Of a stretch of 24,000 bases of DNA, positions 17,451 to 24,000 are shown piece after piece; within the stretch, counting starts at the first letter, position 1, and each line of letters begins with the position of its first letter. The notes beneath the pieces are model-generated. The model worked only from the letters and a program-made list of their open reading frames with translations, was not told the DNA's origin and did not search any database. The DNA comes from Aquificota bacterium (GTDB lineage Bacteria > Aquificota > Aquificia > Aquificales > Aquificaceae), in assembly GCA_013154375.1 (NCBI GenBank), contig JAADCR010000070.1, forward strand, positions 1-24,000, in the 5' to 3' direction. The translations under genes were made by a program, and so were the position numbers.

Positions 17451-18797
17451 TTACTTACCTATGCAGAAGGTGGAGAAAATCTTACCGAGCAGCTCTTCGG
17501 TGGTAATCTCACCCAGAATCTCACCTAAGTAGTCGGAGGCCTCGCGGACCTCGAGCATGGCTATCTCCGGGCTGGGCTCGCCCTCTTTATAAAGCTTCTC
17601 GAGCCGCTCCAGTGCGGCCTCCGCTTTTTTAAGAAGCTCTTCGTGCCTGAGGGAGACGTAAACGTTGACGCTGTCTTGCAACTGCACGCCGGCTTTACTC
17701 AAGATTCGTTCGGACAGTTCTTCTAAACCCTCTCCCGTAAGGGCACTTACTTTAATTATATTTTCCGTCGGGATTTTTTCAAGCTCGGCCCGCTGCGGCA
17801 GGTCCGCCTTGTTGGCCACCACGAGGTGCTCCTTCTCTTTTACCAGCTCGTATATCTTTAGGTCTTCTTCCGTTAGCGGGCTGCTCAGGTCTACCACGAA
17901 CAGCACGAGGTCCGCCTCCTCGAGCTTCTTTTTACTACGCTCTACGCCTATCCTCTCCACGGGGTCTTCCGTCTCGCGTATGCCCGCAGTGTCGACGAGC
18001 TTTACGGGCACGCCTTTTATCTGGAGCGTCTCTTCTATGTAGTCGCGCGTGGTGCCCGCAATCTCGGTAACTATGGCCCGCTCCTCTTTAAGCAAGGCGT
18101 TAAACAGGGAAGACTTCCCGACGTTGGGCCTTCCCACGATGGCGAGCTTTATCCCTTCCCTGAGCGCTTTACCGGTGCGGGCCGTTTTAAGGAGCTCCCT
18201 TACGCCCTTTAGAACCTCGCGGACCATCTTAAGCACTTCCTCGCGCGAGAGGGTGGGTAGGTCTTCCTCGGCAAACTCTATCTCGGCCTCGAGGTAAGCC
18301 GAGAGCGTTAAAAGCTTCTCGCGTAAAGGCTTTACGAGTTTGGACAGCTCCCCCTTTAGCTGCTTTAAGGCTACGCGTCTTGCAAGCTCCGTTTTGGCGG
18401 ATATGAGCTCGGCTACGGCCTCGGCCTGCGTGAGGTCTAACTTCCCGCTTAAAAAGGCGCGCTTTGTAAACTCGCCCGGCTCGGCCAGCCTAGCGCCGGC
18501 CTTTACGAAAAGCTCTACGGCCCTCTTGAGTATGGCCGGGTTGCCGTGGAGGTTAAGCTCTACCATGTCCTCGCCCGTGTAGGAGCGGGGGGCTTTGTAG
18601 TATATAAGCACGCCCTCGTCGAGCAGATTACCCTCTTCGTCGTAAAGCTCGCCGTAGTGCGCGTAGCGGGGCTTTATCTCGCCTTTGGTTTTAAAGAAGC
18701 GCTTAACTATGTCCAAAACGCCTCTGCCGCTTAGTCTTACTATCCCTATGGCTCCCTCTCCGTAAGGAGTGGCTACGGCTACGATGGGCTCGCGCAT
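17451..18797 (-). CDS. mnmE: tRNA modification GTPase MnmE (TrmE)
   Basis: It has the G-domain motifs [15 protein letters not shown] and NKADL, and the invariant C-terminal CIGK. Confidence 0.95.
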   Translation of the reverse strand: MREPIVAVATPYGEGAIGIVRLSGRGVLDIVKRFFKTKGEIKPRYAHYGELYDEEGNLLDEGVLIYYKAPRSYTGEDMVELNLHGNPAILKRAVELFVKAGARLAEPGEFTKRAFLSGKLDLTQAEAVAELISAKTELARRVALKQLKGELSKLVKPLREKLLTLSAYLEAEIEFAEEDLPTLSREEVLKMVREVLKGVRELLKTARTGKALREGIKLAIVGRPNVGKSSLFNALLKEERAIVTEIAGTTRDYIEETLQIKGVPVKLVDTAGIRETEDPVERIGVERSKKKLEEADLVLFVVDLSSPLTEEDLKIYELVKEKEHLVVANKADLPQRAELEKIPTENIIKVSALTGEGLEELSERILSKAGVQLQDSVNVYVSLRHEELLKKAEAALERLEKLYKEGEPSPEIAMLEVREASDYLGEILGEITTEELLGKIFSTFCIGK

Positions 18798-18824
18798 AGA
18801 GTATTTAAATATAATATTGACGGA

Positions 18825-18830
18825 TATAAT
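18825..18830 (+). promoter_or_regulatory. Consensus -10 box (TATAAT) upstream of tRNA-Leu
   Basis: TATAAT ends 13 nt before the mature tRNA 5' end (18844) in an AT-rich spacer. This implies a very short 5' leader. No good -35 element is present at canonical spacing. Confidence 0.4.
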
Positions 18831-18843
18831 TTTATTTCTCGTC

Positions 18844-18929
18844 GGGGGTGTGGCGGAACTGGCAGACGCGGGGGGCTTAAAACCCCCTGCCCGTTCTCGG
18901 GCGTGCGGGTTCGACTCCCGCCACCCCCA
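18844..18929 (+). tRNA. tRNA-Leu (anticodon UAA), class II with long variable arm; CCA not encoded
   Basis: I folded the cloverleaf by hand. The acceptor stem pairs GGGGGTG with CACCCCC. The D arm is GCG-GAACTGGCAGA-CGC. The anticodon arm is GGGGG-CTTAAAA-CCCCC, giving anticodon TAA. The variable arm pairs GCCCG-TTCT-CGGGC. The T arm is GCGGG-TTCGACT-CCCGC, and the discriminator is A. Confidence 0.9.
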
Positions 18930-18941
18930 CTTAAAGCCGCC

Positions 18942-19766
18942 ATGAACCCGCTACTTATAAGAAAGCAGCTCGAGGCCTTTCTTAACGAAGACCTCTGCTG
19001 GGGCGACCTTACCACGGACGCCCTTTTAAAAGACGAGACGGCCGAGGCCGTCATTCTGGCTAAAGAAGAGGGTCTTATGGCGGGCGGCCCCTTCGTAGCC
19101 GAGCTGTTTAACCTCTTAGGCCCCACCGAGGTTAAGCTTCTTAAAAAAGAAGGCGAGAGCTTTAAAAGCGGCGACGAGCTCGTCTACCTGAAAGGCTCCG
19201 CCGCGAACCTGCTTAAGACCGAGAGGACGGCGCTGAACCTGCTCCAGCGGCTCTGCGGCGTAGCTACGGCCGCGCGTAGGCTCGTTAAAGCGCTTGAAGG
19301 CACGGGCGTTAAGCTCCTCGACACGCGTAAAACCACGCCGGGCCTGAGGCTTTTCGAGAAGTACGCCGCCCGCGTAGGCGGGGCGTTGAACCACCGCTTC
19401 TGCCTCTCGGATGCGGTACTTATAAAAGACAACCACAAAAAGCTCGTAGGCGGGGTAAGGCAGGCCGTAAAGCTCGTACGCGAGCGCGTCTCACCCGTCT
19501 ACAAAGTCGAGGTGGAGGTAGAGAGCTTAGACGAGCTTGTCGAGGCGCTCGAGGCCGGAGCGGACGCGGTTATGCTGGACAACTTCAGCCCCGAAGAGGT
19601 TAAAGAGGCTTTAAAGCTCGTAAAGGGTAAAGTGTTGGTAGAGGTCTCGGGCTCCGTAACGCCCGAGAACGCGCGTCTTTACGCCCTTAAGGGCGTCGAC
19701 TTTATCTCCTCGGGCTACCCGACGCGCCGCGCTCAAGCACTCGACCTGTCTTTAGAAGTTCTTTAA
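18942..19766 (+). CDS. nadC: Nicotinate-nucleotide pyrophosphorylase (carboxylating), quinolinate phosphoribosyltransferase
   Basis: It contains ...LKTERTALNLLQRLCGVAT...LLDTRKTTPGLR...KDNH...MLDNF...ISSG. The track start at 18903 lies inside the tRNA, so the in-frame ATG 18942 (MNPLLIRKQLE) is preferred. Confidence 0.9.
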   Translation: MNPLLIRKQLEAFLNEDLCWGDLTTDALLKDETAEAVILAKEEGLMAGGPFVAELFNLLGPTEVKLLKKEGESFKSGDELVYLKGSAANLLKTERTALNLLQRLCGVATAARRLVKALEGTGVKLLDTRKTTPGLRLFEKYAARVGGALNHRFCLSDAVLIKDNHKKLVGGVRQAVKLVRERVSPVYKVEVEVESLDELVEALEAGADAVMLDNFSPEEVKEALKLVKGKVLVEVSGSVTPENARLYALKGVDFISSGYPTRRAQALDLSLEVL

Positions 19767-20001
19767 AGCGCTCCACGTCTTCGGGCGTGGCGTCCTTAAA
19801 GCCCTTACGGCGGGCGTAACGGAGCAGCTCTTCGTAACTTAAAGCCCTCTCAAGCTCTTTACTTAAGAGCATGTTCTCCTTTAGCAGCTTCCGGTACAGG
19901 ACGAACTTCTCGGTGTAGCCGCGCCACTCTTTAAGCGCGTACAGGGCGTAGCCGAGGTTAAGCGCTATAAGAAGAAGCGCGAGCGTAAAGTAACGGCCCA
20001 C
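19702..20001 (-). CDS. Small bitopic membrane protein, possibly FtsB/DivIC-like septum formation initiator
   Basis: It has an N-terminal TM helix (YFTLALLLIALNLGYALYAL), then a coiled coil and the stretch LSYEELLRYARRKGFKDATPEDV. That stretch resembles the ...IEE.AR..LG...P.E signature of FtsB/DivIC. It uses a GTG start, and its last 65 nt overlap the nadC 3' end. Confidence 0.45.
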   Translation of the reverse strand: MGRYFTLALLLIALNLGYALYALKEWRGYTEKFVLYRKLLKENMLLSKELERALSYEELLRYARRKGFKDATPEDVERFKELLKTGRVLERGASGSPRR

Positions 20002-20018
20002 GCCTATATTCTACTCAT

Positions 20019-21251
20019 ATGAGAGTAGCCTTCGCCACGCTCGGCTGCAGGATGAACCAGTTCGACACGGACCTAATAAGGAGCGAGTTCGTAAAGAGGG
20101 GTTACGAGCCGGTAGACTTTGAAGAAGAGGCCGACGTTTACGTCATAAACACCTGCGCCGTAACCGTAGGCGGAGAGCGCTCCTCCCGTCAGGCCGTATA
20201 TCAGGCCCGCCGCAGAAACCCTAACGCGGTCGTAGTGGCCACCGGCTGTTACGCCCAGATAAGCCCCGAGGCGCTCGCACGGCTTAAAGAGGTAGACCTC
20301 GTGGTGGGCAACACGCACAAGTCCGAGATAGTTAAGCTTGTAGAGGAGTTTCTCGAGCGGCGCGAAAAGAAGCTCGTCGTGGGTAACGTCTTTAAAGAGG
20401 GCGAGGTTAAACACTTCGGCACCGTCCTCTACTTCGAGGGTGTAAGACCTTTCTTAAAGGTCCAAGAGGGGTGTAACCGCTTCTGCAGCTTCTGCGTCAT
20501 ACCCTTTGCCCGCGGTAAGGTAAGGAGCGTCCCTAAAGAGCGCGTGGTTAAAGAGGCCCGCAGGCTCGCCGAGGCGGGCTTTAAAGAGCTCGTGCTCACG
20601 GGCACGCAGCTCTCCCAGTACGGCTGGGACCTCGGCTACACGCTCTACGAGCTTATTACGGAGCTCGTCAAGATAAAAGGGCTCGAGCTTATAAGGCTCT
20701 CGTCGCTCCACGTTAAGGAGCTGCCTAAGAAGCTCCTCGAGCTTGCGGTAAAAGAAGAGAAGATAGCGCCCCACTTCCACCTCTCGCTCCAGAGCGGCTC
20801 GGACCGCCTGCTTGAGCTTATGAAGCGCGGCTACGCGCTCGACGAGTTTAAAAGGGTAGTAGACTACCTCCTTACGCACCGCCCCCTTACGGCCGTAGGC
20901 ACCGACCTTATCGTGGGCTTTCCCACCGAGACGGACGAGGACTTTAGAAAGACTTACGAGTTTGTTAAAGAGACGCCCTTTGCCTACCTACACGTCTTCC
21001 CCTACTCCGACAGACCTTTAACTAAAGCCTCCGAGCTAAGGCCGAAAGTACCCGAGCGCGTAAAGAAAGAGCGCGTACGCCTGCTTAAAGAGCTCGACGA
21101 GCAGAAAAGAAAGGCGTTTTACGAGAGAAACAGAGGAAGAGAGCTCCGGGCGCTGGTGCTCTCGGAGGACGAGCTTCTTACGGAGAACTACTTAACGCTT
21201 AAGCGTAAAGCCGAGGCCCCGCCCGGCTCGCTCGTAAAGGTAAAATTGTAA
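20019..21251 (+). CDS. mtaB: MiaB-like radical-SAM tRNA methylthiotransferase (MtaB-type)
   Basis: It has the UPF0004 N-domain cysteines (TLGCRMNQFD, NTCAVT, GCYAQ) and the radical-SAM cluster motif CNRFCSFC. It ends in a short TRAM-like C-terminus. Confidence 0.88.
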   Translation: MRVAFATLGCRMNQFDTDLIRSEFVKRGYEPVDFEEEADVYVINTCAVTVGGERSSRQAVYQARRRNPNAVVVATGCYAQISPEALARLKEVDLVVGNTHKSEIVKLVEEFLERREKKLVVGNVFKEGEVKHFGTVLYFEGVRPFLKVQEGCNRFCSFCVIPFARGKVRSVPKERVVKEARRLAEAGFKELVLTGTQLSQYGWDLGYTLYELITELVKIKGLELIRLSSLHVKELPKKLLELAVKEEKIAPHFHLSLQSGSDRLLELMKRGYALDEFKRVVDYLLTHRPLTAVGTDLIVGFPTETDEDFRKTYEFVKETPFAYLHVFPYSDRPLTKASELRPKVPERVKKERVRLLKELDEQKRKAFYERNRGRELRALVLSEDELLTENYLTLKRKAEAPPGSLVKVKL

Positions 21252-21255
21252 AAGC

Positions 21256-22200
21256 ATGCGCGTACGCCTCATGGGCTCGGACCAGCGGGTGGTACGGGCC
21301 GCCCGCGTCTCGTTTGCCCGCGACGAGCTTACCGACCCCGAGCGCGACAAGCGTCTCATCCGCTACCTTTATACCCACCGGCACGCCTCCCCTTTCGAGC
21401 ACTGCGTAGTAGCCTACGAGGCACCCAAAGACGAGTGGCTCAGACTTCTGTCCGAGGTAGAGAGCCCCACCTTTCAGGCTTACTGGACCGACGGGTACCT
21501 GTTTCTAAACCTCCGTAACGCCCTAAACGCCCTAGAGAAGCTCCCGCCCGAGCTTGTAGAACAGCTCCGGAAGGCCTTTCCCACCGTCTTAGGCGTGGCG
21601 GAGGGAAGAAGCTCTGACGAAGAGCTCTCTTCTTTACCTTACAGCACCGACGAGCGGTTTTTCTTAAAGAAGATAGAGACCCCTTCGGGGTGGGTGGCTC
21701 TGGTGGACAAGCTCGAGCTCGGGACGCGGATGGACTACTACACCTTTATCGTCGAGTGCCCGCTCTTTGTAGCCCGTCAGTGGATGAGACACCGCTTCGG
21801 CTCGTTTAACGAGCTCTCGCGCAGGTACGTAGGCGACGAGCAGCTCTCGTTCTACCTCCCGCCTTACCTGCGCAAGCAGGCTAAGAAGAACAAGCAGGCC
21901 TCCGTGGAAGAGCCCGTAGAGCGGAGCGAGGAGCTGCTTAAGAAGGTCCATGCACACGCGGAAGAGAGTAAAAAGCTCTACCGGGAGCTTCTTAACGAGG
22001 GCGTGGCCCGCGAGCTGGCCCGCGGCGTGCTGCCGCTTCTTACCAACACGCGCTTTTACTGGACCGTCCCGCGCGTCTCGCTGGACAACTTTATAACCCT
22101 AAGGACGCACGAAGGGGCGCAGTGGGAGATAAGACTTCTGGCCGAAGCGGTCAAAAAGCTCGCGGGATACCGCGGGACCGACCGCGCTAACCGGCTCTAA
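21256..22200 (+). CDS. thyX: Flavin-dependent thymidylate synthase ThyX, with an internal insertion of about 100 aa
   Basis: It has the ThyX signature [14 protein letters not shown] (RHRxxSxxxxSxRY), N-terminal VVRAARVSF...ASPFEH, and C-terminal [30 protein letters not shown]. At 314 aa it is larger than the roughly 220-250 aa typical of the family. Confidence 0.85.
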   Translation: MRVRLMGSDQRVVRAARVSFARDELTDPERDKRLIRYLYTHRHASPFEHCVVAYEAPKDEWLRLLSEVESPTFQAYWTDGYLFLNLRNALNALEKLPPELVEQLRKAFPTVLGVAEGRSSDEELSSLPYSTDERFFLKKIETPSGWVALVDKLELGTRMDYYTFIVECPLFVARQWMRHRFGSFNELSRRYVGDEQLSFYLPPYLRKQAKKNKQASVEEPVERSEELLKKVHAHAEESKKLYRELLNEGVARELARGVLPLLTNTRFYWTVPRVSLDNFITLRTHEGAQWEIRLLAEAVKKLAGYRGTDRANRL

Positions 22201-23251
22201 AGACGAGCCCGTCGCGCTTAAAGGTAGGGCCTAAAAACTGCTCGACGGTCCACGCGCAGGCCTCGAGGTGGCCCGTAAGCCGCGGCACGCGCATAACGCC
22301 CCCGGCAAGGCCCAGAAGAGGTATAAGGTGGTCCGCGAGGTGCTCGTCCACGGGCGCACCCGTCTTTAGGTCCTTTATAAGCTTCTCGGCCGCCTCCCTG
22401 CCCACCCGCTCGGAGGGCTTACCCTTTTTACCGAGCGCGTCGGCCCCGAGGAGGTTACCCGCCTCGTCTTCCGCCCACGCGGTGACGCTGCTGCCCAGCG
22501 AGCGGGCCTGAGCGTACTGACGGTACACCTCCGGCGCCGGCAGGCCCGCCTCCTTTAACGCCTCCGCGGCGCCGCTTGCCTGCCGCTCGGCCACTTTACG
22601 GCTCCTTAACTCCTCGTGTGCCACCGAGAAGACGTGAAGCCGCTTAAGCCCCTTACGCTCTAACTTCTCTATCCGGAGCTTCGCACGCGCGAAGCTCCTC
22701 ACCTCTTCCGCCGAAGGCACCTCGCCGAAAAAGCTCTTTACCTTAAGCTCCACCGTGCCCCCGCCCTCGGGATAAAACCCGCGCTTGACCACCGTAAGCG
22801 TAAGCTCCTCCGCACCCCTTCTGAGCTCGGGCAGAAAGACGAACCTAAACCAGTCTATAGTAGGGCTTTTGGGCACGTCGGTCCCGCCTATTACGCGCAG
22901 CGAGGTCTCCCCGGGCACGAACAGCAGCACGGGCAGCACGGCCTGAAGAAACAAGCTTATCGAGCCGGCCGTGTCGAAGTTTACCTCGTAACTCCCGGCC
23001 TTAAGCGTTCTGGGCTCGAAAAACAGCTCCGTCGAGCCGAGCTCGTCGCCCTTAACGCGGGCCTTTGTTAACCGCTTTAAAAACTTTACCACGTTAAGGT
23101 GCTGGGGCCTTAAGCCCGGGCTCTCGCGCTTTACGCGCACGTTGTAGAGGTGAACCGGCACGCGCAGTATAGAGCTGAGCATGAGCGCAACGCGCAGAAT
23201 CTGCCCTCCGCCTTCACCGTACGAGGCGTCTAAGGACAGATACTCCCCCAT
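22187..23251 (-). CDS. rtcA: RNA 3'-terminal phosphate cyclase
   Basis: It has [24 protein letters not shown]-type GLRPQHL, and the C-terminal [11 protein letters not shown] region that holds the adenylylated His. Confidence 0.9.
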   Translation of the reverse strand: MGEYLSLDASYGEGGGQILRVALMLSSILRVPVHLYNVRVKRESPGLRPQHLNVVKFLKRLTKARVKGDELGSTELFFEPRTLKAGSYEVNFDTAGSISLFLQAVLPVLLFVPGETSLRVIGGTDVPKSPTIDWFRFVFLPELRRGAEELTLTVVKRGFYPEGGGTVELKVKSFFGEVPSAEEVRSFARAKLRIEKLERKGLKRLHVFSVAHEELRSRKVAERQASGAAEALKEAGLPAPEVYRQYAQARSLGSSVTAWAEDEAGNLLGADALGKKGKPSERVGREAAEKLIKDLKTGAPVDEHLADHLIPLLGLAGGVMRVPRLTGHLEACAWTVEQFLGPTFKRDGLVFRAG

Positions 23252-23322
23252 AGGATAAAAGTTTAAGGAGCTTGACCCCGCGCTAAGAACGGTTAAATTA
23301 GCTAAAAACTCCGGAGCGTCGA

Positions 23323-24000
23323 ATGAAGCAGGGGCCCCGTCCCTCGAGAAAAGACTTTTTTAACAAGTATGCGTTTAGACCTATAAAACTTAAAAACGCC
23401 TTAGGCGTTCTCGAGTTACTAAAAAACGCCTTCGAGCTTCTCTTCGAGTCGTCCGAGAGGCGTTTTCTCGAGCGCTTTAAAAACCTGCTAAAAAGGGTAA
23501 AAGGCGTAAAAGGCGTAAAGCTCGAGCGGGCACGCGCGCCGGCCGAGGAGCTCGTAAAACGCGGCCTGCTCGTAAAAAACGGCTCTGCTTCTCTGCTTCT
23601 GTTTAAAGAAGGAAAGCCCGCTTGGGTCTTCCGCGTTGAGTTCGAGGGCCGTCCCACCGCCGAGGCGGTTAAGCTGCTAAGACGCTTCCGGGAGCTGGCC
23701 CAGAAAGCCTTAGAGCGGATAGAGCGCGACCTTCTGTCGGCCCTGTGCTTTAAGACCTTCCGCTCGGGACGGCTGCCCATGGCCTTGCTCGACGGAAGCC
23801 TCAGACTCTTAAGGGTTAACGAGAGCTTTGCCCGGCTGCTCGGCGCCTCGCCCGAGGAGCTCGAGGGCAGGAGCTTAAACGAGCTTGCCGGAAAGAGCGT
23901 AGACGCCGAAGGGGGACGGCTCGAGCTCTCTTACGGTAAGAGAAAAGTGCTCCTCGAGGTGAGCCTGACGCCCATAACGCACGAGGGGAGCACCTACTAC
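23323..24000 (+). CDS. PAS-domain sensor/regulator, N-terminal part (continues beyond the window end)
   Basis: My translation is open from ATG 23323 to the window end (226 codons, no stop), so it is absent from the ORF track. GGAG lies 6 nt upstream. The C-terminal part seen ([38 protein letters not shown]...) is a PAS fold signature. The opposite-strand track ORF 23298..23780 is Ser/Arg-rich low complexity. Confidence 0.75.
   Translation, partial: MKQGPRPSRKDFFNKYAFRPIKLKNALGVLELLKNAFELLFESSERRFLERFKNLLKRVKGVKGVKLERARAPAEELVKRGLLVKNGSASLLLFKEGKPAWVFRVEFEGRPTAEAVKLLRRFRELAQKALERIERDLLSALCFKTFRSGRLPMALLDGSLRLLRVNESFARLLGASPEELEGRSLNELAGKSVDAEGGRLELSYGKRKVLLEVSLTPITHEGSTYY

Noticed and set aside
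18798-18929. tRNA-Leu as a possible integration site for a genomic island
   Set aside because: There is no integrase, no direct repeat of the tRNA 3' end and no compositional shift downstream. The flanking genes (mnmE, nadC) are core housekeeping genes.
18903-18941. ORF-track start of nadC at 18903
   Set aside because: It would place the first 9 codons inside the tRNA-Leu T-arm and acceptor stem. The in-frame ATG at 18942 gives a normal NadC N-terminus.
20011-20028. Inverted repeat CTACTC-atatga-GAGTAG spanning the mtaB start codon
   Set aside because: It has only 6 bp arms and is AT-rich. A match of this length is expected by chance at this scale, and no second copy occurs elsewhere in the window.
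23252-23322. Possible sigma54 (-24/-12) promoter for rtcA, by analogy with E. coli
   Set aside because: The only GG...GC pair on the rtcA strand (ccGGagtttttaGC) has 8 nt rather than 10 nt between the dinucleotides, and it lacks the TGGCAC/TTGC context.
23497-23520. 9-nt tandem repeat GTAAAAGGC x2.7, encoding VKGVKGVK
   Set aside because: It is short, in frame and inside the N-terminal region of the PAS protein. There is no evidence of a wider repeat array and it does not resemble a CRISPR or a contingency locus.

Overview
This is a densely packed, housekeeping stretch of a thermophilic bacterial chromosome, most likely Aquificaceae-like. That placement rests on an IspH that closely matches the Aquifex aeolicus IspH sequence as I recall it, a HARP-type protein-only RNase P, an archaeal-type ApgM and ThyX. 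I call 30 protein-coding genes (two truncated by the window edges) and one tRNA-Leu(UAA). I saw no CRISPR array, transposase, integrase, prophage or defence-island signature, and no intergenic gap longer than about 70 nt that could hold an ncRNA. I did not find a convincing new multi-gene system, and the findings below are modest. They are: (1) a PIN-like HARP protein-only RNase P, which is a known family but rare in bacteria; (2) a roughly 100-aa insertion inside an otherwise canonical ThyX; (3) extreme compaction, in which all seven convergent gene junctions overlap at their 3' ends and divergent spacers are as short as 9 nt, with -10-like boxes 6-9 nt from start codons (leaderless-style) while operon-internal genes carry GGAGGT Shine-Dalgarno sites; (4) a tRNA-Leu lying 12 nt upstream of nadC; and (5) a few uncharacterised small or membrane proteins. 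All functional calls come from reading motifs in the translations. No database search was run.
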